Notes: generated by a model from the sequence alone, not told the origin. Shown: positions 8,042 to 17,118, counted from the stretch's first letter. The stretch is DNA of 64,000 nt from an uncultured delta proteobacterium (GCA_963708515.1 CAVPSX010000005.1:2958-66957); one strand, 5' to 3'. Numbers and translations: made by a program.

Positions 8042-9292
8042 TCATTCGATCCGGCGCAGCACGATGCAGGCATTGCACCCGCCGAATCCGAAAGCATTTT
8101 TTAAAACAAACTCCTGGGCCTGCGATCTGGCCCCTTCGGCCACGCAATCCAGAACGATATCCGGATCGGGCGTATAATTGATGGTCGGCAGGAGCGTCTC
8201 ATGCATCATGCCCTCCATGGCGAGGATGATCTCGATGGCGCTTGCCGCCCCCATGGCATGACCCAGTTGGGACTTGTTGGCCGACACGGGGGGGATGCAA
8301 CGCCCGAAAACAGCCTCCAGGGCTTCGGCCTCGATCTTGTCTCCGATCCTGGTCGATGTTCCGTGGGCATTGACGGCGTCTATTTCTCGCGGCGTCAGGC
8401 CCGCATGGGCGATGCTCTGCGCCATGCACAGCGTGACGGTTTCCAGGCGCGGTGCGACAAAGTGATGGGCGTCAGAGGTCATGGCCCATCCGGCCATTTC
8501 AAGCCTGGGCGTCAGTCCGTGGACCCTGGCAAAGGCCTTGCTCGCTATGACGACGGCGCCTGCCCCTTCCGATACGACAAATCCCCGTCGGTTTACCGAG
8601 AAAGGGCGGCTTGCCGTCTGCGGCAGTTCCTGCGCCCGCCCGTCCTTAGGGCGGTAGGCGCCGTTCATGGTCGCAAAACCTCCAAGTATGGTTTCCACCA
8701 GGGAGAAATCCACGGCCCCGCAAATGACGACATCGGCCATGCCCAGTTCAATGAACATGGCGCCGACGATCATGGACGTTACCCCGGTGGCGCAGGCCGT
8801 AATGGTGGCGGTAATGGGGCCGGTCGCCCCGGTCATCATGGAGACTTTGCCCCCCACCATGTTGATGCAGGAATTCGGATTGGTGAACGGATGGGGCAGT
8901 TTCCCCTCCGCCACCCAGAGCCGGTCGGCCCGGATGACCGCGTCCTGGCCACCGACGGCTGAACTGAAGGTAATGGCCGTTCTCGGCGCGAGGTCCGGGG
9001 TAATGTCGATCCCGCTTTTATCCAGCGCCCGGTGGACCACCAGCAGGGCATGTTTGAAAATCGGCGACGTCCACAGGGCCATATCACGGGTGGCGAGAAA
9101 GGGATAGGCCCTGGCGTCTATCGGGGGCGTCTCTCCGGCAATCCGTACAGGGAAATGATCCCGCAGGGGGAAGCGGGTCAGGGGACCGATGCCGCTGTCG
9201 CCCCTGACCGCCCGCTTCCATTGTGTTTCCATATCCACACCCAGGGGCGAGACAGCGTCATAGCCCAATATGACCGGTCGTTGTCTGTCCAT
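8042..9292 (-). CDS. Beta-ketoacyl synthase (second of adjacent pair; catalytic Cys retained, so not a CLF)
   Basis: 416 aa with Cys in ATITACATGVTS, then NAHGTSTRIGD and SQLGHAMGAAS. Confidence 0.85.
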   Translation of the reverse strand: MDRQRPVILGYDAVSPLGVDMETQWKRAVRGDSGIGPLTRFPLRDHFPVRIAGETPPIDARAYPFLATRDMALWTSPIFKHALLVVHRALDKSGIDITPDLAPRTAITFSSAVGGQDAVIRADRLWVAEGKLPHPFTNPNSCINMVGGKVSMMTGATGPITATITACATGVTSMIVGAMFIELGMADVVICGAVDFSLVETILGGFATMNGAYRPKDGRAQELPQTASRPFSVNRRGFVVSEGAGAVVIASKAFARVHGLTPRLEMAGWAMTSDAHHFVAPRLETVTLCMAQSIAHAGLTPREIDAVNAHGTSTRIGDKIEAEALEAVFGRCIPPVSANKSQLGHAMGAASAIEIILAMEGMMHETLLPTINYTPDPDIVLDCVAEGARSQAQEFVLKNAFGFGGCNACIVLRRIE

Positions 9293-9297
9293 GAACG

Positions 9298-10299
9298 TTA
9301 CCAGGGGATGAACCGGTAGAGTTTGGCGAACATCTCATAGACCTCGATCCAGTTTTGAAGATCTCTGGCCGAGGCCAGGTGGTCCCTTTTGTTGACCATG
9401 ACCCAGCTCATATGGGCCGCGCCGTCCTTGCAGGTGGAGCAATCCCGCGTGGCGGAGGTGCAGCACCGGTGCCGGGTTTGCAGATCCGAGGCCCACCTGA
9501 CAAAGCGGATGAGCCTTTTGGGTTGCGGATTCCGGTCATCCATCTGCTCCGTTACGGACGGGCACTCGCTCCATCCGAAGGAACGCCCCAGCATCTTCCC
9601 CGTGGTAATGATCTCATGATAGTACTTGCAGGAAATGACCGTCCGGGGATAACGCTCCAGCAGGTCATCCATTTCGGCGCGCACGTCTTTGAGCTTGTCC
9701 TTTGTCCAGAAAAATCCATCGACCTGTTCATCATTCGTCAGGAGCTGGAGATGGACCTTGAGGCCTACATCTTCGATCTTCCTGATGATGCGTTCTGTCC
9801 TTCCCACCTGTTTCGGCGTAATGGTGTAAAGGTAATAGGCGTCTGGGTCTCCCGCATAATTCCGGCTGGAAACGGCAAAGGTGTCTTTTCCCCGGAGCAC
9901 TTTTTCATCTTCTTCGTCGCCCCACAGGGAGATGCCAACCATCATGTCGGGAAAGCGGTCCCGGGGGACCCGTATCTGCCCGTTGGTTGCACAATACGTC
10001 GGCATCGTGCGGTAGAACGCCTCGACACGGTCCAGATAAAGCGTCGGTTCTCCGCCGATAAGGATGGCCAGGTTCACGCCCCTGTCCTTTTCCTTTTGAA
10101 CGAAGGCCTGCCATTTCTCTATATCCGTTTCCTCGGCGGCGGCCTCATGTTCGCCGGAGGAAAAGAAAAAACAGCCCTTGCAACGTAAATTGCAGCGGTT
10201 GGTTATATCATAGATGGAGCTGCGGATATTGAGGGCCGCGATTTTCCGGTAACGCTCATGCCACGCCGCATCCAGTAAGGAACTGACTGTTTTCATCAC
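9298..10299 (-). CDS. Radical SAM protein with C-terminal Cys-rich (SPASM/twitch-like) region
   Basis: It has IYDITNRCNLRCKGCFFF (CX3CX2C) and a C-terminal RCCTSATRDCSTCKD. It is a paralogue of the next gene. Confidence 0.8.
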   Translation of the reverse strand: MMKTVSSLLDAAWHERYRKIAALNIRSSIYDITNRCNLRCKGCFFFSSGEHEAAAEETDIEKWQAFVQKEKDRGVNLAILIGGEPTLYLDRVEAFYRTMPTYCATNGQIRVPRDRFPDMMVGISLWGDEEDEKVLRGKDTFAVSSRNYAGDPDAYYLYTITPKQVGRTERIIRKIEDVGLKVHLQLLTNDEQVDGFFWTKDKLKDVRAEMDDLLERYPRTVISCKYYHEIITTGKMLGRSFGWSECPSVTEQMDDRNPQPKRLIRFVRWASDLQTRHRCCTSATRDCSTCKDGAAHMSWVMVNKRDHLASARDLQNWIEVYEMFAKLYRFIPW

Positions 10300-10368
10300 G
10301 CTTCTCTCTTTTCAATAAAACAGGCTCACTGCCGCAAAGACATCGAAAACCGATCTTCCCGTACCTTT

Positions 10369-11475
10369 TCAGGAGGATAGCCGGGGAGGGCTTACCAACT
10401 TGCGGCAGAGATTGTCACTTTTATTGTACCCTTTGACCCAGACAGTCAGATACGTATCAACATAGTCGAGCCATGATCGGAACGTGTCGGGATCCGTCGC
10501 ATGGCGATGGAGCCGGGCCGTCACGACAGCGCTTCCCGAGGCGTAATGGCGACAATCGTCACAATCCGTATCCGGGACGCAGCAGGCCGCTTCCCTATCC
10601 CAGGAGAGATCGGCCCGGTACTGCCGGAAAGACCGTCCAAGGCCGATATCCTCGGAGCGGTTCATACGGGGATAGGTGCAGCCATAGAGGGCATGGAGCC
10701 CCTGCCGATGGGTGTGGGCCACCGCGCTGTAGTGAGAAAAAATGACGTTCCCGGGATAACGCGCCATCAGGTCCATCATGACCTGGCGGGTCCGGTCCAG
10801 GGACGCCTCATCATGCCGGAGGGGGCCGGCATAACCCAGGGGCGCTGAAAACACGTTGAAGGTGATCCTCCCGTCGTCGCGAACGATGGATTCCACAACC
10901 CCATCCGCTTCGTCGAGATTGTCGCGGGTGAACGTATAAACGAAGACCGCCCGGGGATCAGCGTGGTAATTGCCGATCTGTTTGAGAAGCAGATTTTTTG
11001 CCTTTCTTATCCGCAGACTGGTTTCATCGTTCCCCCAGACGGAAATATGAATCTGATAACCGACAGATTCGGGTATGCGCTTCAAACCGTTCGTGGCGAT
11101 ACACCCTAAGGGTATTTCGCCATAGCAGACTTTCAGGATGTCCGGAACCAGAGACGGCTCGGCGCCGGCCAGCACCGCATAGGTGATGCCCCGTTTTCTC
11201 TCCTCATGCATGAGCCTTTGCCACGCCCCGGGGTCGTCGTTTTCCGGGGCAAACTGCTTGTGCCCCTCATAATAATAACAGCCGTCGCAGCGGATGTTGC
11301 AGCGGGTCGTCATATCGTATGTCGATTCCCGGAGAAAGAAAAACTTCCGCACCTTCTCCCAGCGCTCGCGCACCGCCGGGTCGGCCAATAGCTCGGAGAA
11401 TTTCCATTTTTTCTTTATGTTATCTTCTCGGGATAACGATAATGCGTTGGTATGATCCATGGAGCGCTCAATCAT
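10369..11475 (-). CDS. Radical SAM protein with C-terminal Cys-rich region (paralogue of 9298-10299)
   Basis: It has TYDMTTRCNIRCDGCYYY and a C-terminal ACCVPDTDCDDCRHY. Conserved blocks shared with the neighbour include GxEPxL, ATNG and ISxWG. Confidence 0.8.
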   Translation of the reverse strand: MIERSMDHTNALSLSREDNIKKKWKFSELLADPAVRERWEKVRKFFFLRESTYDMTTRCNIRCDGCYYYEGHKQFAPENDDPGAWQRLMHEERKRGITYAVLAGAEPSLVPDILKVCYGEIPLGCIATNGLKRIPESVGYQIHISVWGNDETSLRIRKAKNLLLKQIGNYHADPRAVFVYTFTRDNLDEADGVVESIVRDDGRITFNVFSAPLGYAGPLRHDEASLDRTRQVMMDLMARYPGNVIFSHYSAVAHTHRQGLHALYGCTYPRMNRSEDIGLGRSFRQYRADLSWDREAACCVPDTDCDDCRHYASGSAVVTARLHRHATDPDTFRSWLDYVDTYLTVWVKGYNKSDNLCRKLVSPPRLSS

Positions 11476-11484
11476 TCGGTCATT

Positions 11485-12168
11485 TCAGACCTGGGCCAGT
11501 TTCATCCGGATATAGTCGGCAATCTTGCGAATACTGCCGAGTTTTGGATAATCGTCTTCATCGATGGTGATGCCATATTCATCCTGCAGAACGAGAACCA
11601 CCGTCGCCAGATCCATGCTGTCAACGCCTAACTCATCGACCAGATCAAGATCGGGATTGAACGTCTCCTTCGTAATCTCCTCGAGCTTCAGCTCGAAGAT
11701 GATGATTTCGGTAATGCGAAGGAGCAGGGCTTCTTGATCAATGTTTTCCATACGTTCATCATTCTCCTTGCCTGTGAAATAAGTCTTCAGTTCCATTACG
11801 CCGGTGCATACCGTATGTCCTTTTACGGAAACCTCGAACCGATAGTCATGGCCATGATCAGCGATGGCGGAAGACACGGATATGCTTAACGTCTCACCCG
11901 GCCTGACGGGTCTTCTGAAACGAACCTTACGGATCCCTTTTATTGCAATCCGTCCGCCTTTTTCGGAGCCCTGTCGCCTGAAGGCTTCGGCCACCATGGA
12001 CAATATGGCAATACCCGGAAGGATCGGTTCCCCTGGAAAGTGGCCGGAGAACCACAACGAGGCGACATCCATGCGCGCCTCCGCCAAGGGGACAGGCTTA
12101 AACCTGTCCCCTGTTCCCGAAGACGCTCCCGGATAGGACAGGATATGCCATGGTTCCTGCATTGTCAC
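11485..12168 (-). CDS. FabZ/FabA-like hotdog dehydratase fused to an acyl carrier protein domain
   Basis: The N-terminal part has FSGHFPGEPILPGIAILSMVAEAF, a FabZ HFPxxPxxPG motif. The C-terminal part has DELGVDSMDLATVVLVLQDEYGI, an ACP Ser motif. Confidence 0.75.
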   Translation of the reverse strand: MTMQEPWHILSYPGASSGTGDRFKPVPLAEARMDVASLWFSGHFPGEPILPGIAILSMVAEAFRRQGSEKGGRIAIKGIRKVRFRRPVRPGETLSISVSSAIADHGHDYRFEVSVKGHTVCTGVMELKTYFTGKENDERMENIDQEALLLRITEIIIFELKLEEITKETFNPDLDLVDELGVDSMDLATVVLVLQDEYGITIDEDDYPKLGSIRKIADYIRMKLAQV

Positions 12169-12290
12169 CGCAGCTCATTTTTCGACTATTTTACGACTTC
12201 GCAACATTTGCCCATGACGAAATTTGCTTACCTATCATTTATCAAACCGCAGATCAACATTTTTTATGTACAGGCAAGTATTCATTATCC

Positions 12291-13112
12291 TTAGCAATCA
12301 ATGGAAACCCGGGTCATAATGGGTTTCCCGATGAGTTCGGCCAGGGGTCTGACCTGCAACCCTTTATGTTTCAGACCGGAAAGGATGTTGTCGACTTCGT
12401 GCAGCCAGCGGTCGGCATCTGTATCCGGCCGCGGCCGGACATCATGCAGAAGAATAATATCATCGGGTCTCACCTTCTTCAGGATCTTTCCTGCCAACCC
12501 ATGGATACGTCTATTGCCGAAATCATTGGCCCGGCATGAAAATGTCAGGCAGAAAAGCCCTTTAACTTTCAACATATCCGCCAGTTTCGGGCTGGTAATC
12601 CCCACGGGAGGACGAAAAGCGACGGGTGATATGCCAAAGCGATGCAATACGGCTTGTGTGGCGTCGATCTCCCGGGCCAGCGTTTGAGAGGGGCGAAGCA
12701 TCAGAAAGGGATCATGTCGGTAAGAATGATTTCCGATATCATGGCCCTGTGCGAGAATCTCCCCAATGAGGTCTCCATTTTTTTCAGCGTTGACGCCGGT
12801 GACAAAAAAAGCCGCCTGCACGGCATGCCGCTTCAACAAATGAAGCAGCGGACCGGTTGTAACCGGGTCCGGACCGTCATCGAAGGTGACGGCGACCGCC
12901 GGCCCGCCCGCATTTCCCCGGCTGACGATGGGGAGAAAGAAACCCCAGCGGGGAAAGAATGGCGCTGCCAGGCAAAGGAACAGAAAAACGGAAAACGGCG
13001 CCGCTGCCCATTCGATTTTAACGAAAGCCATGATCGGGGCGAGCATAAAGGCGGCCAGGCCGGTGATCATGGCCGGGGAAGCACGTCCTGTATCAGCGCC
13101 ATGACGGTTCAT
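12291..13112 (-). CDS. Polysaccharide deacetylase (NodB homology domain) with N-terminal TM segments
   Basis: It has VAVTFDDGPDP and IGNHSYRHDP NodB motifs. The preferred start is ATG 13112, which overlaps the stop of the upstream gene (ATGA). The ORF-track start is 13130. Confidence 0.75.
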   Translation of the reverse strand: MNRHGADTGRASPAMITGLAAFMLAPIMAFVKIEWAAAPFSVFLFLCLAAPFFPRWGFFLPIVSRGNAGGPAVAVTFDDGPDPVTTGPLLHLLKRHAVQAAFFVTGVNAEKNGDLIGEILAQGHDIGNHSYRHDPFLMLRPSQTLAREIDATQAVLHRFGISPVAFRPPVGITSPKLADMLKVKGLFCLTFSCRANDFGNRRIHGLAGKILKKVRPDDIILLHDVRPRPDTDADRWLHEVDNILSGLKHKGLQVRPLAELIGKPIMTRVSIDC

Positions 13113-14458
13113 CGGATCAGAAGCTCCCACAGGGGCCCGGTATGTCCCCGGGCATAGAGCCTGGACATCATCCGGTACATCCGGGGCGGGCCGGAACCAA
13201 CCACCCAGTTTTCGCGATCTGCGGCGTGGTCTTTTATGCGTTTCAGGACGGTCTCGCGATGGAGGGCCACAGACCAGTAAAATGTCGGTTCCATGAGATC
13301 GTTCCCGTCTTTGATCTGCCTTTCCTGCAAGGCCAGAATATAGAGAGGCGTGTGGGGATAAATCCTTATCCCGGCAAAAACGAAAAAAACCGTTTTGTCC
13401 AATCTCTCGGTCCGAAACAGGGTCTCCTCCAGTGTTTCCTGGTTTTCACCCGGACCGCCGATCATGAGATAATGGGCGACATGAAGGCCGGCGTCACCGG
13501 CCAGCCGGTGTGATGTAAAGACATCTTCTGCAAGGAACGGTTTGCCATAAGCCCTGAGCGTGGGGTCGGCAAGGGATTCCGTGCCGAACTCCACATGCGT
13601 CAACCCGGCGTCGGCGAGGATGCGATAGTAGTCCGGCGGTGGGGCCGTGGGTGTAAAAAAGCCGCCCCAGGGGATGGAAAGCCCCGCTTTCTTGAAAGCC
13701 AGAGCTACGTCCAGGCTATGTTCATAATGGCTGTTGAACGTTGAGTCGGTGATGTACAGATACTTTGCGCCGGCCTCCTGAAGCATTCTGGCCGTCCGCC
13801 CCACTTCCGCCGGTTCGGCAAAACGCAGGCGCCTCCCCTCAATATGGGGGTAGGTGCAGTAAATGCAATGGAAGGGGCATCCCCTTTTCGTTTGCAGGTT
13901 GAGCATGCCGCCCCTCTTCAGATAATAAGACCGGTAGGAATGATCGGGAATGCCGCCGCGCCCGAAGGATGCAGGCAGAGGCTCCGGGTAGACAGCCGGA
14001 CCTTTCCGGGCGATAACGCCGGGGAGTTCCGAAACGGATTCCTGCCGTTCCAGGGCCTGAAGAAGCAGGGGGAGCCTTTCCCCCTCGCCGATAATGCCGA
14101 AATCGGCCTCCAGCCTGGCCATGAACTCTCCGGGCAGGATCGTGAAGCCGCTTCCTCCCAACACGATCACGCCCTGTGAGTGCCGGCGGATAGTATCGAT
14201 CAAGGCGCTGATTTCACCGATAAAGGATTCCGTGCGGGTATCGTCGGTATTGTCGATGTTCCGGATGGAGATGCCGATCACATCGGGGCGCAAATCGGCA
14301 AGAACGGCAGCGATGCCCGCGCTTTCTTTCATCTCGTTCATATCGATGCAGCTCACCTGATGGGGCGGTGAGATGGCGTTCACGACATAATCCAGACCGA
14401 GAGGGTAGGTCGGATAGGGCTGCTGCACGGTATTGGTGGAGACGAGAAGGATCTTCAT
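13109..14458 (-). CDS. B12-binding-domain radical SAM protein (class B type)
   Basis: 449 aa. The N-terminal MKILLVSTNT...YPLGLDYV matches a cobalamin-binding Rossmann-like region. The radical-SAM cluster motif is TKRGCPFHCIYCTYP. Confidence 0.8.
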   Translation of the reverse strand: MKILLVSTNTVQQPYPTYPLGLDYVVNAISPPHQVSCIDMNEMKESAGIAAVLADLRPDVIGISIRNIDNTDDTRTESFIGEISALIDTIRRHSQGVIVLGGSGFTILPGEFMARLEADFGIIGEGERLPLLLQALERQESVSELPGVIARKGPAVYPEPLPASFGRGGIPDHSYRSYYLKRGGMLNLQTKRGCPFHCIYCTYPHIEGRRLRFAEPAEVGRTARMLQEAGAKYLYITDSTFNSHYEHSLDVALAFKKAGLSIPWGGFFTPTAPPPDYYRILADAGLTHVEFGTESLADPTLRAYGKPFLAEDVFTSHRLAGDAGLHVAHYLMIGGPGENQETLEETLFRTERLDKTVFFVFAGIRIYPHTPLYILALQERQIKDGNDLMEPTFYWSVALHRETVLKRIKDHAADRENWVVGSGPPRMYRMMSRLYARGHTGPLWELLIR

Positions 14459-15936
14459 TGGAATTCCCCGGCAACGTCACGGGCAAATTGCTCGTGACCG
14501 ATGATCTGCATGACCGCCTGAAACGATCCCAGGACCGTCCCCATGATGCCGGGGCACAGCCTGTTCTGTCCTGCCAGGTACAGACCGTTGATGGATGTCC
14601 GATTCAAAGACGCCGCCTTCATCAGTTGTCCTGCTGAGCGAAGAATGCCGTAAGGAGACCCGTCGGGGCTCGCCACCCAATCCCGGATCGTCAGGGGTGT
14701 AAAGCTGTCCAGTATCTTCCCGTCCGTAAGCGGACCGAAGATCTTGGATGCCTCAGAGATGAAATGACGGGCCTTTTTCTCCTTTTTCGCTCCATAGTCG
14801 CTGCCGCGCCGTCCGGAGCGCGTACCGGACCATGGCCGCCACCCTTCAACGCTGCTCGTGGTGATAATGGACAGGAGGTTGACCCCCGCCTGCCCGCTGG
14901 GTCGCAATTGATGAAAAACCCCCCGGGTCAGGGAGCCATCTGCTTCCGGATAGAGACGATAGATATTATAGGGCAAGGCAGTGTGCATATCGGCGTTCAC
15001 GGCCAGATGGATGCCGAAAAGACCTTTGGTGTCGATGAGCTGTGCAACCCGCTGAACGTAGGATGGCCGAAGCGCCCCGGCCGGCACCAAGGCGGCCGCG
15101 ACCCTGGGATGGATGGCCGCGATGATGGTCCACGCCTCCAGAATGCGGCCGGACTTCAACACAACGCCCTGCACCTGTCCGGATTCCACCCGGATACTCT
15201 CCACGCCGTCTCCCGCGATGACATCGCCTTCCAGGGATTTGAAGCTCGCTAAAAAGGCGTCCGCCATCCGGGTGCTGCTGCAGGCCAGTCGCCAGGATGA
15301 CATCAGGTAAGAGGCCAGGGTCATGTAATAATAAATGGCGGGGCATTCCTGGAGGGGCACCCCGATCAAAGTTGCCGGGACAGCCAGGACATTGCGGAGT
15401 CTTTGGGAACAACCGAATCGCAGGAGGCGCTGCCCCATGGACTCGAAGTTTAAGTAAGACAAGGCCGCCGTCGTCGGAGACAGGACCATGTCCAAGGAGG
15501 ACAGCGTTCGGGATATCTCCCGGAGATCGGCCATGATCCCCTTGATTTGGACTTGTTCTTCAGGAAAGGCTTGATGGAGGCTTATCTCAAAGGCATCCAT
15601 GCCGGACGGAAGATCGAAGACAAAGTCGTCGTATACATAGCGATCGATAATGCCTTCCATTCCCATGCGCTCAAGGGGGATCAGCGGGGTGACGCCAAGG
15701 TAATCCCATAAACGGCGCAGGGGCTGACCCTCATCGAGGGCTCCCATATAATGGACGCCGGTGGGACATTCGATGCCGGACCGCGCATAGCTGCGCATCA
15801 ACCCTCCGGGCAGGGGGTTTTTTTCCACCACCGTGACCCGGCAATGAAGTTTTGACAGAATAATGCCGGCGGCGAGACCTCCGATGCCGGAACCGATGAT
15901 CAGGACACGTCCGGGGGCGAGGTTTTGTTTCGTCAT
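14455..15936 (-). CDS. FAD-dependent oxidoreductase, phytoene desaturase (CrtI)-like
   Basis: 493 aa. The N-terminal dinucleotide fold is RVLIIGSGIGGLAAGIILSKLHCRVTVVEKNPLPGG. The C-terminal part has NGLYLAGQ. Confidence 0.75.
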   Translation of the reverse strand: MTKQNLAPGRVLIIGSGIGGLAAGIILSKLHCRVTVVEKNPLPGGLMRSYARSGIECPTGVHYMGALDEGQPLRRLWDYLGVTPLIPLERMGMEGIIDRYVYDDFVFDLPSGMDAFEISLHQAFPEEQVQIKGIMADLREISRTLSSLDMVLSPTTAALSYLNFESMGQRLLRFGCSQRLRNVLAVPATLIGVPLQECPAIYYYMTLASYLMSSWRLACSSTRMADAFLASFKSLEGDVIAGDGVESIRVESGQVQGVVLKSGRILEAWTIIAAIHPRVAAALVPAGALRPSYVQRVAQLIDTKGLFGIHLAVNADMHTALPYNIYRLYPEADGSLTRGVFHQLRPSGQAGVNLLSIITTSSVEGWRPWSGTRSGRRGSDYGAKKEKKARHFISEASKIFGPLTDGKILDSFTPLTIRDWVASPDGSPYGILRSAGQLMKAASLNRTSINGLYLAGQNRLCPGIMGTVLGSFQAVMQIIGHEQFARDVAGEFQ

Positions 15937-15959
15937 GGTATGGGGGCGCTGATTATCGC

Positions 15960-16235
15960 TCAGGCGGCTTTGTTCGTTGACTTGTGGTCATAGACATACG
16001 CCGCCAGGGCGCAGACGGAGGCAAAGACTTTGACGCCCAGTTCCTTGCTGTCAATCTCGACACCGTAATCTTTTTCGAGCATCATGACCAGCTCCAGGAC
16101 ATCAATGGAATCCAGCCCCAGATCGCCTCCGATAAGCTGTGCTTCGGCATCGATATCATCTGGCGCCACGTCAATGAGGTTTAAGGTTTCGATAATTTTC
16201 TTTTTCAGTTCAAATATGAGTGAATCCATGCCCAT
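15960..16235 (-). CDS. Acyl carrier protein (first gene of the operon)
   Basis: 91 aa with GDLGLDSIDVLELVMMLEKDYG. Confidence 0.8.
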   Translation of the reverse strand: MGMDSLIFELKKKIIETLNLIDVAPDDIDAEAQLIGGDLGLDSIDVLELVMMLEKDYGVEIDSKELGVKVFASVCALAAYVYDHKSTNKAA

Positions 16236-16257
16236 CCTTTTACCCGTATAATTTTTA

Positions 16258-16287
16258 TATATATGACAATCATTGAAAGAAAGTCAA
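16258..16287 (-). promoter_or_regulatory. Possible sigma70-type promoter of the lipid operon
   Basis: On the minus strand it reads TTGACT-17 nt-ATATAT(A), about 25-50 nt upstream of the ACP start at 16235. Confidence 0.3.
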
Positions 16288-16452
16288 CATCAATGATCTC
16301 CTTCGCTTGCTCGATATCAGACCGCTAAAAGCAGGACTGCCGGGAGAAATAATCATTATAATATCTTCCGGGGATTTGCACGCTTTCAGACGTTGAAGCG
16401 GCGTGCTTATCGCTCAGTATCCATGCGGGTATATGCCTCCGTGAAAAATCTT

Positions 16453-16803
16453 TCAGGAAAGTAATTTTCTCAGGAAAATTTGCATGGCGTATCTCACCAA
16501 AACCCCAAGGTAGTGGGGTGCGCGTGCCAGCCACGCCCCGACAATAAAGACAACATAGGAGAGAGCATAGGTCGTCGGGCAGCCGATGACGGCGATCATC
16601 GGTTCCTGGAGCCAGGCCGCCAGAACGCTCAGAACGGCCACCGCCGGCCAGCCGATAACATAACTCAACCCCATTAAAATCAATCCGGTGATCAACCGTG
16701 TCGTCAGAGGCTCTTTGAATTCACTAAGCTCCGTCGGATTCTCAAGTATCTCCATGACATATTTCCGTCCGGCAAGGTATTCGGCAATTTTTCTTCGAAT
16801 CAT
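16453..16803 (-). CDS. Small integral membrane protein, unknown function
   Basis: 116 aa with about 3 predicted TM helices (LITGLILMGLSYVIGWPAVAVLSVLAAWL...). I recognise no family motif. Confidence 0.45.
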   Translation of the reverse strand: MIRRKIAEYLAGRKYVMEILENPTELSEFKEPLTTRLITGLILMGLSYVIGWPAVAVLSVLAAWLQEPMIAVIGCPTTYALSYVVFIVGAWLARAPHYLGVLVRYAMQIFLRKLLS

Positions 16804-17118
16804 AAAACCTTATCCTTTAAAACGGGCCGGTTGTTCCAAATCCGGACGCCATGCACCTGCACGAGCGATGACATATACACGAGAGAACCTGGTATCGCCG
16901 GGCAAATGAATTCCAGGGAAGAAGTCGATGGGTTAAATACACGAGGCCTCCCTTTTCTGCAACGGCTTTTCTGCAACCAATAACGGAAAGGCATGTCGTT
17001 CGATCTTGTTTTTTCATGCCGGCGATTTTCCTGTCGATTATTTCATGCATTCTATTTCCAGCCGGTTCTTGACAGGGCACGATGCGCATATTATAGGGGA
17101 ACGGCAAAGAAAAGGCGC

